Assembly (NCBI GenBank): GCA_964534915.1 | Contig: CAZHQL010000001.1 | Span: 1 to 53,733 of the forward strand | Source: an uncultured Spirochaetaceae bacterium | Lineage (GTDB): Bacteria > Spirochaetota > Spirochaetia > Sphaerochaetales > Sphaerochaetaceae | Direction of reading: 5' to 3' | Length of the DNA: 53,733 bases | Part shown: one piece after another, positions 29,568 through 37,747 of the stretch | How positions within the stretch are numbered: the stretch's first letter is position 1 | Layout of the letters: every line of letters starts with the position of its first letter | Position numbers and translations under genes: made by a program | The notes under the pieces: generated by a model | What the model saw: only the letters and a program-made list of their open reading frames with translations | What the model was told of the DNA's origin: nothing | Databases searched by the model: none

Positions 29568-30737
29568 ATGTATAGGGTTCTTGTTCATCATCGGAATGAA
29601 TACGGAAAGGAGCCGGAGATTGTCGTTGACGTGCCTGGCGTGATGACGATTCTGGGCTCATATTCTGATTTCTGCGATGGCTATGCGCTGATGTGCACGA
29701 ATACTCAGGGCCTTCGCCTTGCCATATCCCGCCGTCAAGACAGCACAGTAAAGGTCTATAACCATACGATACAGGATCGCAAGAAGTTCCAGCTTGCTGG
29801 TCTTAAGTGCAAAAGCGATGATAAATGGATCAGCACAGTAAAGGCTGTCTTCATATCCTTGCAGCATGACGGGGTAACGCTTCCAGGGATGGATATAAGC
29901 ATCACAGGCAGGACTGCACACTCAGATTACGATACTCTTTCTGCTGCTGTTGCCGCAGGATTTTTAATTGCATTCAATGAGCTTTTGAATCTGAACCTGA
30001 ACCTGAACGACATGATGAGGATCGCACATGCTGCGAACGCATACTCCCACGGCTCCTCGCGCCTGAGGGACCTTTTGACGCTGTTCATCATAAAGAAGAA
30101 GGAGCTGGTTCTGTTTGATCTCGATACATATAACTACGAGACGATGGAGAATCCTTTCGATAACGATAAGATCACGACATACATCCTTGACTGCGGCATC
30201 CCCAAGAACATCCTCTATGAGGAGGAGCGCAAGGTCCAGGAGATTACGAAAGATACAATGGAGACTCTTCGATGCTCTCTAGAGAAAGGAATCAAGCTTC
30301 GTGACTACAGCACAAGGGAACTTAAATTCAAGCGGGGCCTGGCTCCTGAGAACGCTCTCAGGTATGCAAATTTCACGCTCTCTGAGGCATCGCGCACTCT
30401 TAAGGCATGGGACTCTCTGAAGCATTCAGATCATAATCAGTTTGCAAAGATTCTTCTTGAGCAGCAGGATGGCATATATGAGGATCTGGAAGTAACGAGC
30501 CCTGAGGTTGAGTGGCTCATAAAGAGGACTAATGAGAATCCTCATGTATATGCAGCTTCCCTTATAAGCATGGGACTGAGCGGCCACATACTCGTAGTTG
30601 GCAAGAGGGGACTGGCTGAGCAGTTTGAGGAAAAGCTCAATGAGTATGAGAGGATATTTGACTTCAATGCAACGCTCCGTCCGTTTTCCCCTACAGGCGG
30701 GGTAAGGATAATAAGGGATGACGATTCTATTAGTTAA
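29568..30737 (+). CDS. GHMP-kinase-fold protein, galactokinase-like with degenerate active-site motifs
   Basis: 389 aa, collinear with GalK by eye. Signature GEHTDY reads GSYSDF. The phosphate-binding PxGxGLSSSA reads GRTAHSDYDTLSAA. The C-terminal GGGFGG reads SMGLSGH. Confidence 0.65.
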   Translation: MYRVLVHHRNEYGKEPEIVVDVPGVMTILGSYSDFCDGYALMCTNTQGLRLAISRRQDSTVKVYNHTIQDRKKFQLAGLKCKSDDKWISTVKAVFISLQHDGVTLPGMDISITGRTAHSDYDTLSAAVAAGFLIAFNELLNLNLNLNDMMRIAHAANAYSHGSSRLRDLLTLFIIKKKELVLFDLDTYNYETMENPFDNDKITTYILDCGIPKNILYEEERKVQEITKDTMETLRCSLEKGIKLRDYSTRELKFKRGLAPENALRYANFTLSEASRTLKAWDSLKHSDHNQFAKILLEQQDGIYEDLEVTSPEVEWLIKRTNENPHVYAASLISMGLSGHILVVGKRGLAEQFEEKLNEYERIFDFNATLRPFSPTGGVRIIRDDDSIS

Positions 30738-31455
30738 CGATGACGGAATAGACGCAGAAGGCATAAAGGCCCTTGAAGATGTCCTCTCCTGCACTCATGA
30801 GGTCTGGGTGAGCGCACCAAAGCGCCAGATGAGCGGCATGAGCCATGCCATGACGATGCATGGCAGGATTGATATAGAGAGAAGGGGCAGGATGCGCTAT
30901 GCAGTAGCAGGAACTCCTGCAGACTGCATCCTCTATGCCAGATGCTATCGCGAGGCGCTCTTTCCTCATGATCCGGATCTTGTGATTTCAGGAATCAACA
31001 ACGGCTATAATCTTGCAACGGACATAACGTATTCAGGAACCTGCGGGGCATCGCGGGAGGCAGTTTATTCAGGATGGAAGTCAATGGCAGTCTCCTCTGG
31101 TGGCTGTGACTTTGTCAGAGCCGCCGGGTTTCTGAGAGACAACCTTGATAAGCTTTATTCTGCCCTTGATGATAAAAGCTTTATAAACATCAACTTCCCG
31201 AAGAACTTCAATGGAGAGATGAAGCTTACAATCCCGGGTGAGCTGAGGTACAGCGATAATGTCACCTTGCTTGAAGATAATGGTGATATTATCTCAGTTC
31301 GTATTGAGAGTACAGAGAGAACAGATATCCATGTTGATGGATATTTAAATGACACGGAGGCATGCCGCATGGGCTATGCATCAGTGTCTTCTGTGACTGT
31401 GATAAACAAAAGCAGCACTTCCGGCTTTAACGCCCTCATGGAGCATTACAAGTGA
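30718..31455 (+). CDS. surE: 5'/3'-nucleotidase SurE
   Basis: 245 aa. ILLVNDDGIDAEGIKAL, SGINNGYNLATDITYSGTCGASREA. Overlaps the upstream gene by 20 nt. Confidence 0.9.
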   Translation: MTILLVNDDGIDAEGIKALEDVLSCTHEVWVSAPKRQMSGMSHAMTMHGRIDIERRGRMRYAVAGTPADCILYARCYREALFPHDPDLVISGINNGYNLATDITYSGTCGASREAVYSGWKSMAVSSGGCDFVRAAGFLRDNLDKLYSALDDKSFININFPKNFNGEMKLTIPGELRYSDNVTLLEDNGDIISVRIESTERTDIHVDGYLNDTEACRMGYASVSSVTVINKSSTSGFNALMEHYK

Positions 31456-31745
31456 AATGGGAAGAGCTCTGCTTTCGCTGCGGCCTCTGCTGCCGCGAAA
31501 AGACCGTCACTGAGGATTACCTGATCTTTTCAGACTCTGTATGCTCTTTCCTTGACAGCAAGACCAGGCTCTGCACTGTCTACAAAGAGAGATTCAGGAA
31601 GTGCAAGCGGTGCCTGAAAGTCACTCCGCTCAGGGCCATGACAGCTTGCTTCCTTCCTCCGACATGTGCCTATGTGATGTGGGCAAAAAGGCATCATATC
31701 CGCTTTTCCAAAACGAGGGAAGTCGTCTTTTCTGACTGCTTATAG
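31452..31745 (+). CDS. YkgJ/UPF0153-type cysteine-cluster protein
   Basis: 97 aa. CFRCGLCC N-terminal CxxCxxCC motif plus further Cys residues. The GTG start overlaps the surE stop (GTGA). Confidence 0.65.
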   Translation: MKWEELCFRCGLCCREKTVTEDYLIFSDSVCSFLDSKTRLCTVYKERFRKCKRCLKVTPLRAMTACFLPPTCAYVMWAKRHHIRFSKTREVVFSDCL

Positions 31746-31813
31746 TGCAGGCTATAAGCTTGACGATGTTATTAAATACGGCTAACTTTAGTACGAGATG
31801 AGGACAGCTCCAG

Positions 31814-32989
31814 ATGGATAGATATATATATTTAGATAATAATGCGACGACAGAAATGGCTCCCGAGGTAAAGGAAGCTATGAGAGAGAATGAGGATCTC
31901 TACGCCAATGCATCGAGCATGCACAAGATGGGGCGTGATGCAGAGAGTGCGATTGCATGGGCCAGAGGGGAAGTAAAAGCCCTGCTTTCTGCTGATCATG
32001 ATAACGAAATCTACTTCAATTCAGGTTCCACAGAGGGAAACAACACAGTATTCAATATATTCCGCGATTTAATCGATGACGGGAGCAAGCGTGACAGGAT
32101 CCTTCTTTCTGCTGTAGAGCATCCTGCAAGCATTGAGACTGCAAAGTACCTTCAAGGCAAGGGCTATAAAATAGAGTATATCCCGGTTGATAAAGTGGGA
32201 ATGGTTGACCTTGCTTCCTTCAAGAAGATGATAGGGCCTGATGTAGCACTTGTGTCTGTGATGCTTGCAAACAATGAATCAGGAGTCATACAGCCAGTTA
32301 AGAAGGTATCAGAGATTGCAAGGAAGGCTGGCTCTTATATCCACACTGATGCAACCCAGGCGATTGGAAAGATAGAAGTGGATGTCAACGCTCTTGATGT
32401 TGACTACCTCACGCTCTCAGCTCATAAGTTCTATGGCCCGAAGGGAGTGGGAGCACTGTATATAAGACGTGGAGTTCCACGAACCCCTCTCCTTCACGGC
32501 GGACACCAGGAAGGAGGAGAGAGGGCAGGAACTTATAATACGCAGGCAATAATAGGGCTTGGAAAGGCTTCTGAGCTTGCCAGGCTTGGAGTGGATAAGG
32601 AAAGAAAGATGCTCTGGCAGATGCGCTCTGCGCTCAAAAAGGGCATAGAAGAGAGGATTGAGGGTGTCGTTTTCAATGGCTCTGATGATTATGAGACAGC
32701 ACTGCCCGGAACTCTCGATGTCTCATTTGCCTCGGCAGAAGGAGAAAGCATACTCCTCTATCTTGATATGGAAGGAATAGAGGTATCTACGGGAAGTGCA
32801 TGCGCATCCGGTTCCCTTGAGCCAAGCTATGTGCTCCTTGCATCCGGACTGGACATAGAGCTTGCTCATGGCTCGATAAGATTCTCATTCGGACGCTATA
32901 ATACAATGGAAGAAGTAGAGTATGTTCTGGAGAAGCTTGCTCCTGTTATCGAGAAGATAAGAAAGATGAGCACTAGGAAGGTAAAATAA
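31814..32989 (+). CDS. nifS: Cysteine desulfurase (NifS/IscS class)
   Basis: 391 aa. PLP-Lys motif SAHKFYGPKG and catalytic loop STGSACASGS. Confidence 0.92.
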   Translation: MDRYIYLDNNATTEMAPEVKEAMRENEDLYANASSMHKMGRDAESAIAWARGEVKALLSADHDNEIYFNSGSTEGNNTVFNIFRDLIDDGSKRDRILLSAVEHPASIETAKYLQGKGYKIEYIPVDKVGMVDLASFKKMIGPDVALVSVMLANNESGVIQPVKKVSEIARKAGSYIHTDATQAIGKIEVDVNALDVDYLTLSAHKFYGPKGVGALYIRRGVPRTPLLHGGHQEGGERAGTYNTQAIIGLGKASELARLGVDKERKMLWQMRSALKKGIEERIEGVVFNGSDDYETALPGTLDVSFASAEGESILLYLDMEGIEVSTGSACASGSLEPSYVLLASGLDIELAHGSIRFSFGRYNTMEEVEYVLEKLAPVIEKIRKMSTRKVK

Positions 32990-32990
32990 G

Positions 32991-33608
32991 ATGGCAAACA
33001 GTTTTATGTCACAATGGGTATATACGGATACAGTCAAGGATCATTTTATGAATCCAAGGAACATCTGGAGTGAAGAGGATGAATTCCAGGCCGATGGAGT
33101 TGGCGAAGTCGGGTCCCTGGCCTGCGGAGACCAGATGAGGGTCGGCATAAAGGTAAAGGGCAATAAAATCACGGATATCAGGTGGCTTACATATGGCTGT
33201 GCATCAGCAATTGCAAGCACGTCCATGATGAGTGAGATGGCAATAGGGATGACTCTTGAGGAGGCCTACAATCTGAGGCCGGATGATGTGACGGAGAAGC
33301 TCGGGGGGCTTCCTGAGCATAAGTTCCACTGCTCGGTGCTCGGGGATAAGGCACTGAGGGCAGCCATTGATGACTACCTTGAGAGAAATGGCCTTGATAA
33401 CCCTTACAAGGCTACGGTTGCAAGGATTGTCTGTGAGTGCAAGGGAGTTACCGATCAGATGATAGAAGAGCTTGTAAAGACTGATCAGGCCACCACACTC
33501 GAGGATGTCATAAGGCTCACAGGAGCTGCAACAGGCTGCGGAAAGTGCAAGGAAAGGATAGCCGCAGAGCTCTCAGAGCTCTTGCACATATACAGTAAGC
33601 AGCCATGA
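32991..33608 (+). CDS. nifU: NifU-like Fe-S scaffold (IscU-like domain plus BFD-like [2Fe-2S] domain)
   Basis: 205 aa. Scaffold Cys residues (GSLACGD, YGCASAIAS, FHCSV) and a C-terminal CECKGVTD...GCGKCK. Confidence 0.9.
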   Translation: MANSFMSQWVYTDTVKDHFMNPRNIWSEEDEFQADGVGEVGSLACGDQMRVGIKVKGNKITDIRWLTYGCASAIASTSMMSEMAIGMTLEEAYNLRPDDVTEKLGGLPEHKFHCSVLGDKALRAAIDDYLERNGLDNPYKATVARIVCECKGVTDQMIEELVKTDQATTLEDVIRLTGAATGCGKCKERIAAELSELLHIYSKQP

Positions 33609-33922
33609 TTTCAATCTATAAGGAAGCGGTAAGGGATGCGCTCTATCCCAGGAAGAACGGGGTAATAACGAAAAGGAACAAGTCCCTCTCCGTATCTTCT
33701 GTCAGAGAAATGGATGCTCATGCTGTCAGGGCACTGAGAAAGAGCTTAAGGCTCTCGCTCAGTGTCTTTGCAGAGGTCCTTGGCGTGAGTGCAAAGACTC
33801 TTGAGGCATGGGAAGCTGGAACAAACAGTCCATCAGGGCCAGCACTGCGCCTGATGAACCTCATCAAGGCCAATCCGGATCTTCTTATCGACACAGGAAT
33901 CATAAAAGAGAGCTTCAGATAG
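33605..33922 (+). CDS. XRE-type HTH protein resembling type II antitoxins (MqsA/YiaG-like)
   Basis: 105 aa. C-terminal HTH LRKSLRLSLSVFAEVLGVSAKTLEAWEAGTNSPSGPALRLMNLIKANPDLL. ATGA overlap with the nifU stop. Confidence 0.7.
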   Translation: MISIYKEAVRDALYPRKNGVITKRNKSLSVSSVREMDAHAVRALRKSLRLSLSVFAEVLGVSAKTLEAWEAGTNSPSGPALRLMNLIKANPDLLIDTGIIKESFR

Positions 33923-35567
33923 CATTGTATACGCTCGATCCTATGAACTCCCTTAGAATCGAATCGGAGGGAACCAAAGTCGAATCTATGGGAGAGATAA
34001 AGGCCAGGAAGGATAAGAGACGCTGTGCAAGGCTATATGCATCCTTTCCATCCTTTTTTACCATCCTTAAAAGCGGCACCGCCTTTGGTGCAAGGACTGC
34101 AAGCTCATAGTCAAGTGCGCTGTTGATCATGACATCAGCATTGTTCTGGTAAGGGAAGATGTGGTTCTTCTCTCCGCGCTCAACGCTTTGCCAGCGCGAG
34201 AGGGTATCCAAGGCATCAAAGCCGCGTGTCCTGTTGTCGCGTACCATGCGCCTTATTATCCTGTTATCGGTAGTGCTGATCCGGGTATTTGAGTCTATAT
34301 TCAAGAGCGAGAGCGCAGAGATGTAGATCTTAAAGCTCAATGCATCATCAAGCTCTGGAAGAAGATGAGGATTAAGGCCATGGATGCCCTCAATTACGAG
34401 ATACGCATCATCATCCATCCTGTATCCTTCCTTGCTGAATGTTGTCTTCTGCTCCTTGAATGAGAATGAGGGAATGTGAACTTCCTCTCCCTTTATGAAG
34501 GCATCTGCCTGCTCTCTGAATAAATCCAGACGCAGGGCTTCGAGCACCTCATAGTCATAGTCTCCGCTCTCATCGCGTGGCACTTCAGCGCGTGGCTTAT
34601 AGTAGTCATCCAGGCTTATCTTGATGGCTTTCTTTCCCATGATCCTCAGCTCATCTGAGAGCTTTAAGCTGAAAGTAGTCTTCCCGGAGGACGAAGGTCC
34701 TGCGATGAATATGATCTTCGCATTCTTCTTGTTCAGGATCATGTCAGCTATCTTGATGATCTTCCTTCTCTGCTGGGCTTCCATGAGGAGGATGTCATGG
34801 CCTATCTGTCCTGTTGCAATGCTGTTGTTGAGCTCCCCGATTGAGCGTATCGCAAGCGTCTCCTCATTCTTGCGGCTTTCTTCAAATATTGAGAAGAGAA
34901 GGGGATTGTCAGCAAATGGTGTGATTTTCCCTATTGAGCGGGACTGCGGATAGCGCAGGAGGAGCCCGTCCTCATATGCCCTGAGCTCCCAGACGGTCAA
35001 GAGGGAGAAATCAGGGAGAACTGGCTCTGTATGCAGCTGGCAGTAGGAGCCGCACTTATTGAAGTCATATCCTATGCTGTTCATGGACTCAAGGAGGAGT
35101 GCAGTCGCACTCTCCTTTGTCTTTTCAGCATACTCAAGTGCCTCCTCATGGCTCAGGCTTACTTTCTCAATCCTTTCTTTCCTGCTGACGGCCTCAGTCA
35201 TCTTCTCACGGAGCAAGGCGATATCGAATGGATCAGAGTCTTCGTAGCGGAAGAAATAGCCATCCCCGAGGCTGTGCCCGATGACTAAGGACCTCTCAGG
35301 ATATGCCATGCGCGATGCGTAGGATAAAAGGAGAGTAAGAGTCCTTCTGTAAATCCTCTTTCCAAGGGATGAGAAAAGATGAACGCTCTCTACATCCGCG
35401 CTCCCGACTATTCTTTGAGAAAGAGATGTGAGCTTGCCGTTGACAAGGACTCCGACAGTGGGATTGTCTTCATATTTCTTATCCCCATAGTCCACGATAC
35501 TCTTGTATTCACTGAGGAATATGACGCTCTTCATCACGCCATCTACTTTTACATTGATCTCATCCAT
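33915..35567 (-). CDS. Uridine-kinase/PRK-family P-loop kinase with a long N-terminal (TGS / ThrRS-additional-domain-like) extension
   Basis: 550 aa. Walker A FIAGPSSSGKTTF at mid-protein, followed by a Udk-like core (LDDYY...IEGIHGLNP...IRRMVRDNRTRG). The N-terminal ~270 aa are non-kinase, and that domain call is tentative. Confidence 0.7.
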   Translation of the reverse strand: MDEINVKVDGVMKSVIFLSEYKSIVDYGDKKYEDNPTVGVLVNGKLTSLSQRIVGSADVESVHLFSSLGKRIYRRTLTLLLSYASRMAYPERSLVIGHSLGDGYFFRYEDSDPFDIALLREKMTEAVSRKERIEKVSLSHEEALEYAEKTKESATALLLESMNSIGYDFNKCGSYCQLHTEPVLPDFSLLTVWELRAYEDGLLLRYPQSRSIGKITPFADNPLLFSIFEESRKNEETLAIRSIGELNNSIATGQIGHDILLMEAQQRRKIIKIADMILNKKNAKIIFIAGPSSSGKTTFSLKLSDELRIMGKKAIKISLDDYYKPRAEVPRDESGDYDYEVLEALRLDLFREQADAFIKGEEVHIPSFSFKEQKTTFSKEGYRMDDDAYLVIEGIHGLNPHLLPELDDALSFKIYISALSLLNIDSNTRISTTDNRIIRRMVRDNRTRGFDALDTLSRWQSVERGEKNHIFPYQNNADVMINSALDYELAVLAPKAVPLLRMVKKDGKDAYSLAQRLLSFLAFISPIDSTLVPSDSILREFIGSSVYNAI

Positions 35568-35633
35568 ACAGAAAGGATAGCATCAAAAAGTTCCATTGTC
35601 GAATAACAGGCTCCTGATTATAATTTAAAGCCG

Positions 35634-37151
35634 ATGAGTATTCTTTATGTGGATCTGGAAAGGAAAAGGATAAGCACAGATAAGGACAGGGATGAAAAAG
35701 GCTACCTTCTTCTGAAGGCCCTGACAGAAGAAAAGGAAAACTGCATAGCATTCTCAGCCCTTGGAAGCGATGCAATAAGATTCAAAGGGGCAAGTTCCTC
35801 TGTCTATGCTTTTTACTCTCCCTTGAGAAGGAAGGTTCACTATGGCCACACGAGCTCATCGTTTTCGTTCGTGCTCTACACTCTTGGCTACTCAGCGCTC
35901 GTAATAACAGGAAAGTCGGATGTCCTTTGCTATATATCCATCAGGGGAAATGCCATTGAAATAAGGGAATGTCCTGACCTGAAAGGCTCTTCCTATGATT
36001 TCATCAGGCGCAAGATAAAGGAAAAGGAGAGCGACATCGTGATTGCAACCGGGCCTGCAGCGGATAAGAACATTGAAATTGCAGCGCTGTATGATGAGTA
36101 CGGAGAACTTGGCAGGGCAGGCTTTGGCTTCGCATTCTCGCGCCTCAATCTCAAGGCCATAGCATTTCAGTCATTGATTCCCAGGAGAAGGGAAAGCGAG
36201 GAAGGAAGGAAATACAAGAAAGCGATAGAAAAATCATCATTTGCCAGGACTCTCAAGCGTGAGAGCACTACAAGCTGGATAAAGAGCGCAGAGAGCTGTG
36301 GCTTTCTTGCAATAGAGAACTTCACAAGACGCCATGACAGGAGAGCAGTTTTCTTAGATGGAACTCTTTTACAGGAGGAAGCCGGTGTTTACAGCATCTC
36401 CTGCAATGACTGTGCTGTCTCATGCAGGAGGATGCTTAAGGATGGAACACTGGCACCAGACCTGGCTGCAACACTTGCACTTGGCCCGATGCTGGGAATA
36501 TTTTCGTATGAGAAAATAACAGAGCTGAGGAACGCAGTATTCTCTGCAGGCCTTGAGAGCATTGAGGCATCTGCCATGCTGGCCTCTGCCCATCCTGGCT
36601 ATGAGGAGTGCCTTGAGAGAATCAGGATGTATAACGGAGAGAAATACGACTCATACAGAATCGGGGGCATCTCTCCTCTTTTTGACATCAGGGGAACAGG
36701 GGAGGCCGCTCTTTTCATGATTCTTGGAGATTCTGAGATTCCGTATTACTCACTCTTTGCTCCGATGCGGATTAAGAGCAACAGGATAAGTGCAATCCTT
36801 GCTCTCTTTGAGAGGATATACCGCTATGCACTCTCATCGCGCGGTCTTCCTGTGAAAGGCTCATACGCAGCCTATATTTCAAGGATTCCGAAAGCAGCAT
36901 ATCTGAGCGCGCCTCTCCTCCGCTCATGCCTTGAGCATATCACCATGTTCTCCCTTCCTGCTAAGACGCTTATAAAGGAAGGCCTTGAGATAATAAACGA
37001 ACTGGGAGAGGACGAAAATGCTATCCCGGATCATTTCATCTACACATCCTCATCAAGCGTTGAAGATACGACTGTAAAGCCTGCAAGGCTCTTAGAGTGC
37101 TACTATAAGGAAAAATCAAGGCTTGAGAGTAAGTACCTTGATACTCTTTAA
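35634..37151 (+). CDS. Aldehyde:ferredoxin oxidoreductase (AOR)-family protein, short and divergent
   Basis: 505 aa. The N-terminal domain aligns by eye with AOR (ILYVDL..., GYSALVITGKS, IATGPAADKNIEIAAL, GRAGFGFAFSRLNLKAIAF). The CxxCxxxC cluster motif is present (CNDCAVSC). Confidence 0.6.
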   Translation: MSILYVDLERKRISTDKDRDEKGYLLLKALTEEKENCIAFSALGSDAIRFKGASSSVYAFYSPLRRKVHYGHTSSSFSFVLYTLGYSALVITGKSDVLCYISIRGNAIEIRECPDLKGSSYDFIRRKIKEKESDIVIATGPAADKNIEIAALYDEYGELGRAGFGFAFSRLNLKAIAFQSLIPRRRESEEGRKYKKAIEKSSFARTLKRESTTSWIKSAESCGFLAIENFTRRHDRRAVFLDGTLLQEEAGVYSISCNDCAVSCRRMLKDGTLAPDLAATLALGPMLGIFSYEKITELRNAVFSAGLESIEASAMLASAHPGYEECLERIRMYNGEKYDSYRIGGISPLFDIRGTGEAALFMILGDSEIPYYSLFAPMRIKSNRISAILALFERIYRYALSSRGLPVKGSYAAYISRIPKAAYLSAPLLRSCLEHITMFSLPAKTLIKEGLEIINELGEDENAIPDHFIYTSSSSVEDTTVKPARLLECYYKEKSRLESKYLDTL

Positions 37152-37616
37152 GGAAGGAAAAGAAAGAAGTTCTATCCTGTTCTCATACAGCATTCCGATG
37201 CTCTTTCTTCCATCCCGTGGACGCGATGGACTTCCCGGATTGAAATATATTATTCCGCTATCCTCTTCAAGGCAGCCTATGTGAGTATGCCCCATTATGT
37301 AAATGTCGCCTTCCTTCAGCCCAAGCTGCTCAGGCTCATAGAAGCAGTCTCCATGCGTGATGACAACACGCCTTGAATTCCATTCGAAGGCTAACATCAG
37401 GGGAGGCCTTCTCATAAGTGTATATTCGCAGTATCTGTCAGAGTTTCCAAGAACAGTTCTGAAAGAGGTATTAGCTGCATCTATTTCCATTTTCGCAGTC
37501 GGACAGAAGTCCCCTGCTGAGATAATCTCATCAAGAAAGAGGCGCTCCTTGATTCCTGTTATCTTCTTGAAAGCCTCCTCATCCCCATGCAGATCTGAGC
37601 AAATCAGGTAGTTCAC
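37116..37616 (-). CDS. YfcE/MJ0936-type metallophosphoesterase
   Basis: 166 aa. LICSDLHGD, GDF, LGNSD, VITHGD and GHTHIG motifs. Its 3' end overlaps the convergent AOR-like gene by 36 nt. Confidence 0.85.
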   Translation of the reverse strand: MNYLICSDLHGDEEAFKKITGIKERLFLDEIISAGDFCPTAKMEIDAANTSFRTVLGNSDRYCEYTLMRRPPLMLAFEWNSRRVVITHGDCFYEPEQLGLKEGDIYIMGHTHIGCLEEDSGIIYFNPGSPSRPRDGRKSIGMLYENRIELLSFPSLKSIKVLTLKP

Positions 37617-37747
37617 AGAAATGAATTATACACCAGAAAAGGCTCCAGGAATAATTATTGGACATCAAGGTAATGATAGTTGACAGAGCCACCGGGAATA
37701 AGATTGAATTGAAGAGGGAAAAGAAAATTCAAATTAAAGGAGTTTTT

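Noticed and set aside
29991-30008. (CTGAAC)x3 hexanucleotide repeat encoding LNLNLN within the GHMP-like gene.
   Set aside because: There are only three units, the repeat is in-frame (unit length 6), and it lies in a probable helix. It is too short to argue for slippage-based variation.
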